From NCBI RefSeq assembly GCF_009834535.1, contig NC_045696.1:65350001-65414000 (forward strand): a stretch of 64,000 nucleotides of DNA, written 5' to 3'. Source of the stretch: Camelus ferus. Lineage: Eukaryota. Numbering within the stretch: the stretch's first letter is position 1; the number at the start of each line of letters is the position of its first letter. The notes under the pieces are model-generated. The model was given only the letters and a program-made list of their open reading frames with translations, searched no databases and was not told the DNA's origin. A program made the translations under genes and the position numbers. Positions 1-12,499 of the stretch are shown here, one piece after another.

Positions 1-632
1 GGTGAACATAATCACTTGGTGGATTTAATCATTTAATGTCTAAAATGCAGAAACATTTAGAAAAAGACATATTCACTGCACACACAGGTATGCAGCTGAT
101 CTGGGATTCCAAGTGTCCAGTGTTCTTCCCACTACACCACAACTGCAGAGAGTTTCATCAGCCTGTACATCTGTGAATAACATAACTCTACCTCAAACTG
201 TTGTTGAAATGGTGTCTGATTAATTAGGCAGTTGTAAACACTTGGGAAAAAATGAAGTGAGTGGCACAGTCACAATTACTAATCCTAACAAAGATATTCT
301 CCCATAATGCCTTTCTGGTTCTTCGCTATTAATGTTAATAAATTCTGAATTTTTCATGTTCTACAAACATCATTTCTTTATTTGCATTGTCACAGAGATG
401 GTAACTCCAGGGCATATGTTGTTAACAATGGTTTTGGTTTTCTGGGTCTAATTCTGAGTTGAAGTTTCATCTTCTAAAAAGATCAAAAGTAGATTGAAGG
501 ATCTTTAATATATATTTTTAGCCCTAATTTTCTCAATTTACATTCTTTCTTAATCTCTTCTCCCTACCCGCTCTCATTCCATTACCATTTTCCCCTTGAC
601 AATTCCCTATTCCCTTTTACTGATATTTAGAA

Positions 633-1115
633 TGTTAAAGCAAGAAATAGTCAATAGCACTTTTTAAAGATGGTAAGACAGAATTCTTCATTCAGGACCA
701 TCATGATAGGTACAGGAACCACTGCAATGGAACTTTACTCAGGGGGAGAGATTGGACTCAACTCCAAATACAACATGGGCAAGGGGCAATTTGTTACCAA
801 GGAGCAGGTTAGGGGTCAGTGGTTGGAAAATTACTAAGAGGACACATCAGGGGAAGCAAGATTCTATCGAAACTGACCTAACAGAATTCTTCACAAAAGA
901 CAGGTCAGGGTGATTAGACATCACTAGGAGATGGTAGAGGATGAGAAATCCCATCAGATACTATAAGTGATCAGATATTGAAAACGGAGGGTTTTGATTA
1001 AATTTACCTAGCAGGGTTCTTGCTAAAACTGTATTTTATGAGTAATTGCACAGATGGGTCTAGGTGAAGGTTAAGGAGATTAACTAAAGTTCTGTCAAGG
1101 AAAGAATCTTTGTCA
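633..1115 (-). mobile_element. MER31-like ERV1 solo LTR
   Basis: Reverse complement begins TGACAAAGATTCTTTCCTTGACAGAACTTTAG and contains TTTTAGCAAGAACCCTGCTA and ATATCTGATCAC, as in the recalled MER31 consensus. TG...CA termini; flanks AGAA/AGAG (imperfect 4-bp TSD). Confidence 0.8.
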
Positions 1116-1310
1116 AGAGGAAATGGAGTATCTTTTTGTTGTCAAACATGAATTATTGTTTTTATTCTAAATTCCATTTCCTCTTGCTTCTTAAATATTC
1201 AGGTTCCGCCACTTCCTCTTCTTTTGAGTCTTCAACTATTTCCAACTTTCTAGTTATTTTTCTAAACTCGTATTCAATATGTAACTTTATAATGGTGACA
1301 TTTGGAAATA

Positions 1311-1686
1311 ATTTTTTAATTTTTTTAATTTTTATACAATTTTAAAGGTTACTTTCCATTTATAATTATTACAAAATATTGGCTATATTGTCTGTGTTGT
1401 GCAATACATCCTTGAGCCTATCTCACACCCAATGGTTTGTACCCCTCACTCTCCCGTCCCTATGTTGCTCTTCCCCCACCTCCCCACTGGTAACCACTAG
1501 TTTGTTCTCTATATCTGTGAGTCTGCTTCTTTTATGTTATATTCACTAGTTTGTTGTATTTTTTAGATTCCACATATAAGTGATATCATGTAGTATTTTT
1601 TTCTGTCTGACTTATTTCACTTAGCATAATGCCCATGTTGTTGCAAGTGCCAGATTTCATTCATTTTTATGGCTGAGTAGAATTCC

Positions 1687-1734
<48 letters not shown>

Positions 1735-1844
1735 CCATAAATTCCTTATCCATTCATCTGCTGATGGACGCATAGGTTGTTTCCTTGTCTTGGAAATTGT
1801 AAATAATGTTGCTATGAACATTGTGGTGCATCTAGTCCTTTTTA
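1311..1844 (-). mobile_element. 5'-truncated L1 3' end (artiodactyl-type 3' UTR)
   Basis: T-rich tail at left, then antisense L1 3' UTR and ORF2 end (GGTAACCACTAGTTTGTTCTCTATATCTGTGAGTCTG, TTAGATTCCACATATAAGTGA). Candidate TSD ATTTG(G/C)AAATA at 1300-1310 and 1845-1855. Confidence 0.9.
1689..1730. repeat. (TG)21 microsatellite inside L1
   Basis: Perfect dinucleotide run read directly. Confidence 0.98.
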
Positions 1845-2389
1845 ATTTGCAAATATGGTCACAATTCTACCACTCTAAAAAAACTCCTCCAGGAAAACTC
1901 TTTCCTGTTATTTACCAGTGCTGGATGGATCTAGATTTTGTGAGTTTTGAAACTTATTACAGTATGTGCCTCTTTAACGGAAAAAAACCCCAGGAAATTA
2001 TAAATATTATTATTATGAAAAACATAAATTTCCACAAATGAACAAGGACAAGACTATTCAGGTCTTTTCTTCAGAGATCTTGGAAATTTATCAGAAGTGT
2101 TTATATGGAAATGCTTCCATTTTGCAGCTGGCACAGAGTATTCCATACCTCTCAGAAATGCCCTGCAGTCACAGGACCCAAGCAAGTGACAGTCCCTGAG
2201 CTTAAGCTCATTACCTTCATGGAAAGTCAGCATTTGTTATTGCCTTGTTTTTTCTGTCTCTGCTCACAGCCAGGCCGCTAAAAGGAAAACCGTATGCTGT
2301 GTTTTCATTTCCTCCTATCCTATTCATTTTTCCACTCATGCAAAATGAACTCCGCTTCTGTAATTTTGCCTGAAAGTCATCTGTAATTT

Positions 2390-2850
2390 CCTTCTTGCCA
2401 AATCAAGTTGACACTTTTCAATGTTGGTTTCTAGCATTTACATTTATACTTGACCATCAGTTCTTTCTCCTTGATTTCCAACACTTTCTCCTAATTAGCT
2501 TTCAGGTTTTTCTTAGTTTTCTCAACTAACTCCTCTTGATTTTATTTTTGGAATCCTTAAGCATAACTTTAGTATACACCTATTTTAATTCTATACAGTA
2601 TATACTTACTTCTCTACATAACATCTTATTTATTCGGTATTTTCCCTTTTTGCCAAATCTCTATTACCAGCCCATACTTCTTTCCTAACTTCTACGTGTT
2701 TATGGCCAAATGTTTGTGGAAGGTCCCTGAGATGAGAGCATGCTTGAACAAATCAGCATGTTAGTTAGTATGGAGGTTAGTATGTCAGAGCTAGTAAGTT
2801 AATAGAAAGGAGTAGGAGATGAATTAGGAGAATTAGTTAGAAAGCATTTC
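2390..2850. mobile_element. Degraded L2 fragments
   Basis: L2-like text (GTCCCTGAGATGAGAGCATGCTTG...GTAGGAGATGAATTAGGAG) and pyrimidine-rich L2-like sequence upstream. Confidence 0.45.
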
Positions 2851-3849
2851 TTGACAGCAGAGTAGTTAACACATTGCTTTCAATTATTTATTGTTTATAT
2901 AATTTCATCCCTAAACTGAACTCCTTGAAAAAAGAGACTACACTCTCCCTACCTCTGCTTTCCCAGTTCCTCTTCGCTTGTATACATTTTATGGAATGAA
3001 TGCATGACTGAGTAGATAAATGAACAGAAGGATTTCCATGAAACTTATTCTAAGTGACATGATTCAAAAATAAATGGTTCCCGGTAGAAATATCTATAAC
3101 ATTCATCTTATAAGAATACAGAGAGTTCTTAACAAAATTTCAAATGGACCTGTATATCTTTTTTTGATTTAAAAAGTCAGTGACAGAGCTAGGTGAAATA
3201 TTGACATTTGGAAAGTAATGTCTTTCTATTCACTCCTGAATTTCATTTAATATGCCATCGTTTTATAAAATGATATTAGATATATGTAAATTTTCTCAAA
3301 GTGCCTAAATCAGTAAACTGAAAATTTCAGCAATAAATTTCCCTCTTGTCTAAAGTACTAACTGAAGAATTTTCTTTTGATAGGTACTTATATTTGATCA
3401 CTTCAGTAGTTAGGAATAAATACTAGGTATATACGTTATACATTTTCAATAGAGAAATAGAGACACTCAAGCTCCATAACAATTCATAGAAGTTATAAAC
3501 ATTTCTAAAACTATCTAGCCTTATAAAACCATCACTTATACAATTGCCTTCAATGTAACTATAAACCAAATGAGCACCAATCATTTCCTTCTCTTTTTTT
3601 TATGGATTCTGCAAAATAAAAAGAAAATAACAATGTGATTACACTATCAGTGTAGTTTTTAAATTTGCTAAATTTCTCCTGAGAGTCAAGAAGTACAAAT
3701 AGTATAGTAAAATAAAAAAAAAAAAAAATCCATGACACCATCATTAACAATCTAGATGTCAGAATATCCCACAGAAACCTAGAATGAAAATAGGTGTGAG
3801 CAAACCATAAATAGCAGCAGGACTCGCACAGAGTCAGTAGCTATGTGGT

Positions 3850-4112
3850 AGGAGCAGCTGAAAGAGGAGGAGGTTCCAGACAGCTTAACTCAGTACCTGA
3901 GTGCAAGTTAAAAATGGATGGTGGCTCCAAAAGGGCAGGGGCGAAAGTGGTAAATCTTCTACTTTGGGTAGAAGGAAAAGCATCTTGAAGTGAGACTACA
4001 TATATAGGGTTATGGACAGTGGTCAATGGCCTGGTCATCTGTTAAAGAGTTGGAAGGAAAAAGACTGGATAATTGGTGACAAGGAAGTCAGGGGTAGAGG
4101 CATGTGGATAGA
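3850..4112 (+). mobile_element. ERVL internal (pol RNase H) fragment
   Basis: Translates, with a frameshift, to WTVVNGLVI...SWKEKDWIIGDKEVRGRGMWID. This matches the ERVL pol motif WAVANGLAxWSGTWKxxDWKIGDKEIWGRGMW. Confidence 0.85.
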
Positions 4113-4332
4113 TTCAAGAGAATCTCCCTGCTTAAAATTAAAAACCCATCCTTCCGTCTAGACTGCCTTCCCTTCAGTCTCAGCAGAGATGCAGACATTA
4201 TAGCCTCATGTAGAGTACATATAGACGGATTAACCATTTCCTGTAATTGGGTAAGGTCAAATCCTTGTAATAAGTATATTATTTGATGTCACTCTTAACA
4301 GTTGTTTCTCAGATTGAACCATTACTGATAGA
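4113..4332 (+). mobile_element. LTR16-like ERVL LTR, 3' part
   Basis: GGTCAAATCCTTGTAATAA...TTTCTCAGATTGAACCATTACTGATAGA resembles the LTR16 3' end; adjoins the ERVL internal fragment. Confidence 0.6.
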
Positions 4333-4339
4333 CCTGTCT

Positions 4340-4795
4340 TTGTAAACATTTGGTGTTAATCTTTCTCCATAGCCCACCCCACCTGATTTTTTTTCCCCCT
4401 ATGCTGTGACTTGTGTAAAATGCTATTATTGGTGTTTCAATTTTATTTTTTGTGGATATTAGTGGAAGAGAAACACCACTTTAACAGTTTACCTATTTTT
4501 ATGAAATTCTTGTTTTCTTCTTTATTTGAAGAAGTACTTTGAGTACTCTAGACTCTTATTTCATAATGCCCTACAGATGGAAATCTCTCTTCCCAGATTA
4601 TTAAGTTGTTCCTGGTGTCCTATAATGAGAAAACACTCTTAATTTTGAGATAGTATTCCTTCTTTTTTTGCCTTACGGTTTATACTTTGGGGATTTTAAG
4701 ATGCTTTTCCCTCTCATATTAAGTTGATGAGGATATTTGTCTATATTTTCTTTTTTATTAGTTTTACGCTTTTGTCTCTAATTTTACTTTTAGAA
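4340..4795 (-). mobile_element. Ancient L1M ORF2 3' fragment
   Basis: T-rich antisense L1 text (ATATTTGTCTATATTTTCT...AGTTTTACGCTTTT). Confidence 0.55.
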
Positions 4796-6466
4796 TATTC
4801 TCCTTCCTCCCATCATTTAATGGTGAGAGAGACAGAGAATGAGAGAGAGAGATTGATATTGGCATACTAGAGAAAGAGAAATACACACACAGCCTAGGAG
4901 AACCTTAATTAAAACATTTATCAATATCTATTTCCACCTCTTTATTTTCTCCAAAAAAAAAGTAGCCTAGCTTGCTTTAACTTTTCTTTGATCCCTCTTG
5001 CCTAACACCTTTTTAATCACCTCAGTCTTTCTGCTAACCACACCTCCAGCACTGACTGAGAACTAACTTTCTTTCAATTCAAGGGTATCTCTACCAATTA
5101 AAAAATTAGTTTATTAGATTAATTTATACTCAACTGCTTTTAAATCTTTAGTATTTCCTGAGCTGGGACTTGAGATAGGAGTCTGTAGATTTCATTAGGT
5201 CACCATTTTGTCAAAAATCCTTATTTCTTATCTAATGCAGACATCCTTTGTGATGTTTAAAATGTAATAACATCCAAATTTTAAAACTATTCTGTATCAC
5301 TTCTTTCAGTTAAATATCAGAATAATCTAACTGCTTATCAATTTGAAATTCAATAAGATTAGGGTGAAAAAATGGTAAAATAATTCTATACAAATGCAAA
5401 GTACAGATCAGCTTCTATTAAAATAATATAAACTTGCCAAATTTGTTGTTAAGTTCTTGCAGTTTGGGAAAAAGTATGTAGATAATATTAAATACAAAAG
5501 TAAAACAAAATGTGAAAGTGTAATTTTTTAAAGCTTTAAAATGTTACATACATACAAATTTACAGTAATGCATATTGCAGATTGTTTAATTCATGAATAG
5601 AGGAATTAATACCATGATTCAAAGAACACTTGAAGAACAGACATTTATATAGTCTGTTGGGCAATTCAATTGGAATAATTTTGCTAAGTTAGAGTCCTAT
5701 GGAGCAATAAAATATATGGAGTTATCTTTTCTAAAGGATGAAATTCATTTGCATCTCTACCTGATTAAAAAATAAATATAAACTGTATAAAGTTCTCAGA
5801 ATCTGGGCCCTAATCAAAGAGACAGGCACCTAGATAATTTAAATCTTAGGAAGGCCTGATAGACAATGCTCTTGTATTACAATGAAAAGATATGCAATCG
5901 TCTTTTCTTATTTCCAAATTTTGGCTATTTTTTAACAATATAAAATTCTTTCATAGTCTTATAAATCAACCATTTTCCACCTCTTTATTTGTTCCCAGTC
6001 CCTAACATTTTAAAGTATTTAATTCAACCTTAGACAGTAAGAATCTCTAAACAGTAAAGGCTACTAATCTTTTTCCTCACAAATCTTGACAGCTAGAGAT
6101 AGGACTTTTTCCAGACCTTATTCCCTCATCTCATCAAGAGATATTTGTGTAGGAAAAATTATCTCTCTACTCTCTCTCTAGTTCTCTGTCTTATGTTTCC
6201 TGCAACTCAGGGCCTTGATTCTTGTACACTTTTTGCACTCTTAAGGTAAGTTTTCATTTTTCCCACATTGAGCTAATTTATTTTTTCAAGATGCTAATCT
6301 TACTCATGATTCTTTTTCTTACTTTTTCTAAATATTGCCTCTTTAAAATAAAATGCATGAAAAATTTAGTTGAATATTTAACACCTACTTACATAAATAT
6401 GTGATGATTTTTAACTTCCATCTTTATTTCATGAGAAATTACAGTCTCTTATGTAGTTTCAAAGAA

Positions 6467-6490
6467 ATGATGATGATGATGATGATGATG
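6467..6490. repeat. (ATG)8 microsatellite at a MIR tail
   Basis: Perfect trinucleotide run. Confidence 0.95.
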
Positions 6491-6745
6491 TTTAACCTCA
6501 GAAGGGTACTCAGAGTGTGCCACTGCTTTACTTTCCATGTCTTATTTAATCCCAGTCAATTATCACTATTAGGCTGAGCAGTGGACGAGACAGACAGATG
6601 CATGATCCTCTTTATAAAGGCAATAACACCAAAGCTTACAGAGTAAGGAATTTTACTACTTCACTAGTAAACTCCAGATCCTCTAATCAAATACAGATTT
6701 CTCTGAATTCAAATTCTACCCATTTTCCAGTAAGCCACACTCTGT
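6491..6745 (-). mobile_element. MIR SINE
   Basis: MIR-like CTTATTTAATCCC...TCTGAATTCAAATTCTACCCATTTTCCAGTAAGCCACAC. Confidence 0.55.
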
Positions 6746-6929
6746 GAAAGTACTCTGTAAACTGCAAATTGCTATACAAATGTGCAGGTTTCTTACTATT
6801 TATTATTTATTCCCTTTTGTCTATCTCTATACTACAATGTATCTTCATTTACCTAGCAGAAAGAAGTTAGGTAAGATATGTTTGTATGATTGGAACCTAT
6901 ATGAGGCTAAAAGTGAAGCTTCCCACTTA

Positions 6930-7460
6930 ATTTGCTAATCAAGTGAATTTGACTTTCTAAATGATGAAGCCATTACTAAAATGCAAGCTCTGATGCTGCC
7001 GGTACCTATCCCAAGTTTGCGTAAGGAGTATAACGGGCCTCCTGGATGACTCAGCAGAGCACTCCCTGGAGAGACCCTTAGATGAAAGAGTTTGTTTTCA
7101 CCAGACAGCATGCCCTCTTTATAAGACTCGTGGTAGATTATATAATTTCTGAGTGATTTAATAGATTGCATAAAGGAGAAATCTAAATGGTGTCTGACTT
7201 TAAGGAAAACAAAGCAAGCAGATAAAAAGCAGAGCCATTCTAAATTGCAATTAGCATAGTAATCACTGCCATCTTCAACTGCAGGAACACTTTTGACTCT
7301 TAAAATGAGGCTCTAACTTATTCTCCAAGCATGGTGTTCTATAGCTCATCTTTAGTTTGGCATTTACTGCTGGGATTACCATAGGCAACCAGCTGTTCTC
7401 TAATACAGGAAAGGAAGCCAGGACTCAGCTGGAAACAATCAAAGATGAAAATCCTACTGC
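6930..7460. promoter_or_regulatory. Candidate distal enhancer (repeat-free, motif-dense)
   Basis: Perfect ARE/NFE2 site ATGACTCAGCA 7046-7056; X-box-like ATTACCATAGGCAAC 7375-7389; CAGCTG E-boxes at 7390 and 7426; overlapping SOX/TCF AACAATCAAAG 7434-7444. Confidence 0.35.
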
Positions 7461-7829
7461 TTAAGAATAAGTGAGAATCAGAGAATCAAGAAAACTTCAA
7501 AGAGTTGCTGTGAATCAATAAATGGACGGTTTTGAATGAATGACTGGGTTTTTATCCTGCTTCCCTCTGGACTGAACTTAGCCTGTATTTAATAACAGAT
7601 CAGGCATTGGCATTTATAAAAGCTAGTTTGTACTGAGTTTGGAAGCATAAGAAAATTCTATTGCTTAATTTTCAGAAGAAAAATTAAACTCTAGAATTTT
7701 TAGAATTTAAAGTATGGAATAGTGAGCAAAATCTGGTTATAATATACACATTTTTACTCCCTAATTATGCTCTGATTGTCCTACTTTTTGTTTCTGCTCA
7801 TCTTCTTTTCTCAGCTGCAGTCGGTCTTT

Positions 7830-7968
7830 TTATTGTGACACTGACATCTTTGAGAGTATGAAGAAAAGTAAGGTCTCGACCTTGGAAACAAATGCATAAA
7901 CACATAAAATTATATAATTAGTTTACGAGTCCCTGGAATCCTATCCTTTAAGCCCAGCTGCAGAACCT
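7830..7968 (+). mobile_element. hAT-Charlie MITE (MER103-like)
   Basis: CTTTGAGAGTATGAAGAAAAG...AAATGCATAAACACATAAAATT...CCCAGCTGCAGAACC resembles the recalled MER103 consensus. Confidence 0.5.
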
Positions 7969-8711
7969 AGACTGCGACAGTAATGTCCTTTTATCCTTTG
8001 CCTATTTCCAAGACTCAATTCAAATAGGCCACCCCTGAGAAATCTTCCCTATTTCTAGCCCCTATACAAGTTGACGTTTATTATTCCCTCAATCATGCTT
8101 ATACCTTTATTAAAATTATTTATTCATTTTCTTACATTTTTATTCCTTCTTTTAACATGTATTTATTAAATAGGCATCATAAAGTTAAAATGAGTAAAAC
8201 AATTTCTGCCCTCAAGGAACGCTTGCTTCACTGATGAGAATTATACAAATGTGTAATCATATAAGTGTTCATACATAGTGCAGGAAACGCAACGAGAGTG
8301 CCATGAAAAGGATACCTAGTGTTTCTTGTAAATATACTGAATCTTATTTATGAGTTTTGCAATTTAGTAAAATTTCTCCAACAACTCATCTTCATTTAAT
8401 ATTTTCAACTTTGCCAGCTGCAATATTATTAAAATTAAATTGTACAGTTGATATAATACATTCGGAGAAGTAAAAAAATATTACTCAGAAGAATGATCCA
8501 ACAGGTAATTAATGAAACTGGGATTCAAAGTAATGTCTTCTGATTCCAAAGCCAATACTTTCTCCCATACTCTGCTATATTTTTAGGCTGGTTGAAGTCA
8601 GTGTAAATTATGTGTCCTTTACCTTACTGCTTTATAAGGTCCTTGGATTAAGATACCATATCTTTTTCATTTTATATTCTTTCTCTCTCTCTGTTTCTCT
8701 CTCTTCTCATC

Positions 8712-8737
8712 AAAAAAAAAAAAAAAAAAAAAAAAAA
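8712..8737. repeat. A26 homopolymer
   Basis: Read directly. Confidence 0.95.
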
Positions 8738-8859
8738 CCCACACCATATATATAGTTGGTATTTAGCAATAAATAGTTGTACTAGGTTTCCAGGTTGTAT
8801 TTGTCCCAAGGTACTTGCCTTAATCCCTAGTTGGGAAAATAGAGGTGTGAACTAATTTT

Positions 8860-9030
8860 ATGAAGTTCCTATAATGTGGCAGGCCCTGAGCTGTGCCCTT
8901 TATATATATTATCTCATTTCATTCTAATACTGAACCTTAAAGGAGGGCTTCTGATTTTGAGAAATCAAATGGGGAAGTTAAAACTCAAAAAGCTAAGTAA
9001 TATGTCTAAAGGCACAACATTTATAAATGT
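8860..9030 (-). mobile_element. MIR SINE
   Basis: CTATAATGTGGCAGGCCCTGAGCTGTGCCCTTTATATATATTATCTCATTTCATTCT...AAGTAATATGTCTAAAGGCACA. Confidence 0.7.
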
Positions 9031-9129
9031 CTATGCTAAGCAATATATTTCTTCTTAAAGTCACCTGATGAACCTTTTCTATGCTTTCAATGATTATTTA
9101 GGTTGATTTCTGTGCCTGAGTATTAAATT

Positions 9130-10400
9130 TATCCAACAAGTCATTATATATATACACACACGCTGAGTGCTACTAAGTTTCAGGTGCTTTTCAGGATAAT
9201 GTGAATACAGAAATAATGAAGATGACATATTCTCTTTCCTCAAGAGAATGTCCATTCTAATAAACAGTGACAAATAATATCAAATCTATAAGTAAATGTG
9301 TATGTAATGTGGTGATAATCAATGCAATGGAGATAAAGAAAGCAGAATCTGGGATTTAGGAAGTGTAGGGAGAAGTTACCATTTTTTACAGGTGAAGTCT
9401 GGGTAGAAACCAGAAGGGAAGAAAATAACCCATATGAACATCCATAGAAAAGTGTTACAGTTAGAGTATTTTACAGTTTCTACCATTTTAGCTTAAACAC
9501 TTTTTTCTGATATTTTTGGAATTCAAGATTGAGATCTTATTGATCACTGACATAGATATCTATGCATCTTTTTTTTAAGAAAGAAATTTGCTGTCAAAAT
9601 AAATTTTTTCAGTCCTTCTAAATCATCCAAATCATTTTTAAAAATCAGTTTAGGCTTATTATTATTTTTTTTCTTCTTGAAATTTTAAAATAATTCTAAC
9701 ATGCAATTTGAAAATTTCTCCAGGAACACATTCTGACACATTCACAATTGTCTAGGCATACACTTGCTTCATTATCCATGTATTGAGTACATTTATATAC
9801 AACTCCTTTGGGCCATATAAGAAGAATGAAATGTGATTCCTGCTCCTTTGTAGGTTACCATCCAGTAAGAATGATAACCCAGCACATGAAACACTACTGT
9901 TAGTCCTGCTACAAGAGCTATACAACAAAGGAATCGAGGGCAAAAAGAATTATTTCTAACGGGTGGAAGAAATAAGAATTGAAAAAGAGAAGACATTTCT
10001 ACTGGCACTGGAAAATCAACAGAATTGTATAAAGCAGTATGGGCGAAGGCATTATAAGTAGACATCAGTAGATGCCAAGGCATGGAGGTGAAAGGAGATA
10101 GCCCAAAGAGAGGAGTGAGCAGTTTGATGTGGTTTGGGTATGAGTATTCAAGTGGTGGAAAGAGATGCATGATGGGGATGTGGCCAAGTGTAGAGTGATG
10201 TAATACTGGAGATCTTTGAGGACCTTAATTTTAGTATCAATCCATCAAAGTCAAGACAATTGCCTGAATAGGTCAAACACATTTCCAGGATGTGAGACAG
10301 CTGGAGTGATTCTTGAGCTTGCTGGATCACGTGAGGTATTACTAATGGGGTAGATGAGATACAGCGGCTGGCTGAACTGGTTGCCAGCTGAAATTAACTG
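9130..10400 (-). mobile_element. L2 fragments
   Basis: Antisense L2 3' text (CTGAGTGCTACTAAGTTTCAGGTGCT...TCCTCAAGAGAATGTCCATTCTA; AAAGGCATGGAGGTGAAAGG); discontinuous. Confidence 0.55.
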
Positions 10401-10864
10401 TTTCATTCCTAGGAGAGAGTGTGGCAGACTGTAAATCTATCCAAGTGACATTGAAGTTAGTTGAAATAATTTTTTACAAAGTAATTACAATGTTCTAGCA
10501 CTCTACTGGTCCTCTCAGTAACATATATGTGCTTACATACGTAAAACCTACACAAACATACATATATGTAATTGCCAAAATTCATCATATTGATTATATT
10601 CAGACAGGGTCTACTCCAGATGACTACAAATATAGTGCAAAAAGAATTTATTCAACAAAGAGACAGAAAATATAAATATTTTTTTTATTCTTAATAAAAA
10701 TCACCCAGGAAAAGATATCCAACAGTTCAGTTCGTTCTTATCAACTATGCTGTGGTAACTTACTATACAGCAAACTCGAGAATTCTCAAGTGTTCTGTAA
10801 AATTTTGATCAATTTGCAAAATTTATTTTTGCAACCTAATATAACTAACAACATCTGTCATACA

Positions 10865-11365
10865 CTGGATAAAGAAGATGTGGTATATTTATACAATGGA
10901 ATACTACTCAACCATAAAAACCGACAACATAACGCCATTTGCAGCAACATGGATGCTCCTGGAGAGTGTCATTCTAAGTGAAGTAAGCCAGAAAGAGAAA
11001 GAAAAATACCATATGAGATCCCTCATATGTGGAATCTAAAAAACAAAACAAACAAACAAAAAAACACAAACAAAGTATAAATACAAAACAGAAATAGACT
11101 CATAGACATAGAATACAAACTTGTGGTTGCCAAGGGGGTGGAGGAATGAAAGGGATAGACTGGGATTTCAGAATTGTAGAATAGATAAACAAGATTATAC
11201 TGTAAAGCACAGGGAAATATACACAAGATCTTATGGTAGCTCACAGAGAAAAAAATGTGACAATGAATATATATATGTTCACGTATAACTGAAAAATTGT
11301 GCTTTACACTGGAATTTGACACAGCATTGTACAATGATTATAAATCAATAAAAATGTTAAAAAAA
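10865..11365 (+). mobile_element. Young 5'-truncated L1 (ORF2 C-terminus, 3' UTR, polyA)
   Basis: L1 ORF2 end (CTGGATAAAGAAGATGTGG...GAAGTAAGCCAGAAAGAGAAAGAAAAATACCATATG), AATAAA and A tail. 18-bp TSD AACAA(C/T)ATCTGTCATACA at 10847-10864 and 11366-11383. Confidence 0.95.
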
Positions 11366-11929
11366 AACAATATCTGTCATACAGAACATTGATCTTAGCA
11401 GGCTCTATCACACACGGTGTCTTATATCCAACGAGTAAGAAGCAACAACACAAGTGATGCTGGGACTCTGGCAGTAAAGAAAGATCAGATTACTGAAAGA
11501 TGTGAAGACTTTTAAGGGGAGCTTGAGAATAATAAGGAGTGTTTTTCAAACAGAGGCACAATATGGGAAGGCAGATACATAAATTGTGTGGTGCTGGGAA
11601 CAGCTTTTATAGACACTGAGAGACAATGTTATTTTTCATAGTGATTGTATCATGATAACTGCTGACTTGTTTGGTGCTGACTTGGGTCTTTAACACCTTC
11701 AAGTGGGTGCTGCCACAAATTCTAGTATTAGAAAGTGTGTCATGACACCCAAAATGTTGATGATACTGCTCTTTTAACATTTGGGATTAAGGCGTAATTT
11801 ATTTACTCTTATCTCTTGAGAGATTCAACAAGTAGAGGTGAAGAAATAAAGCTCGTCAAGTAATGCATCACTTGGAGCACTGTCATGATTATTTCCTAGT
11901 TGATATATCAACCTGTGGGCTCTGTACTG

Positions 11930-12380
11930 AAACTGCCTGAGCCCAGATTTCATAAGCATACCCCTCAGTGGCTTAAAACAATAAAAGTGTACTTCTCACT
12001 CTCTTCATAGTCTAATGAGGGTAGGTAGGAAGTTAGGGATTCTCTTCTGCATAACTTTATTCAGGGATTTAGATTCATTCCATTTTATATCTTTGCCATC
12101 CCATTGGGCCTCTGAGTGCCCTGATGCTCTCCCTTAAAGCAAGAGACAAGGGATGGAAGAGAAACAGAGAAAGAGCATGGAGAATCCCATGAGAATAGTT
12201 TTAGTAGTTGTAGGCCAAATCTAGAAGGAAATATATGACCTGTATATATATTCCATTGGCCAGATCTGTCATGTGTGTCTGCCCAACTGCAGAGGAGTCT
12301 GAGAAATGTAGCTTAGCTATGTGGCAAGAAGTGAACAGTAACAGGATTTGTTTGAATCCATTTATTGTCTCTGTTTCAAG
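11930..12380 (-). mobile_element. MaLR LTR (MLT1J/K-like)
   Basis: CTCAGTGGCTTAAAACAATAAAAG...TTCCATTGGCCAGA...AACTGCAGAGGAGTCTGAGAAATGTAG. Confidence 0.75.
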
Positions 12381-12499
12381 TGGAATGTGACCACTTCCAC
12401 AGAACTCTGAAATCTAGAATACCGGGACTAAAACATACTCTACTCTGAACTGGTCAGAGAGTTTTGTTAAACTGTGGCTAGCCTTCAGGTGGATGCTAG

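Noticed and set aside
1688..2041. 117-aa ORF starting MCVCVCV
   Set aside because: Artefact of the (TG)n repeat plus antisense L1
6182..6251. Plus-strand pyrimidine tract/AG followed by a strong AAG|GTAAGT donor
   Set aside because: Isolated pseudo-exon-like signal with no partner exon and no recognisable peptide
8712..8737. A26 run as a possible retrocopy tail
   Set aside because: No upstream mRNA/SINE body, polyA signal or TSD; lies in L2-like sequence
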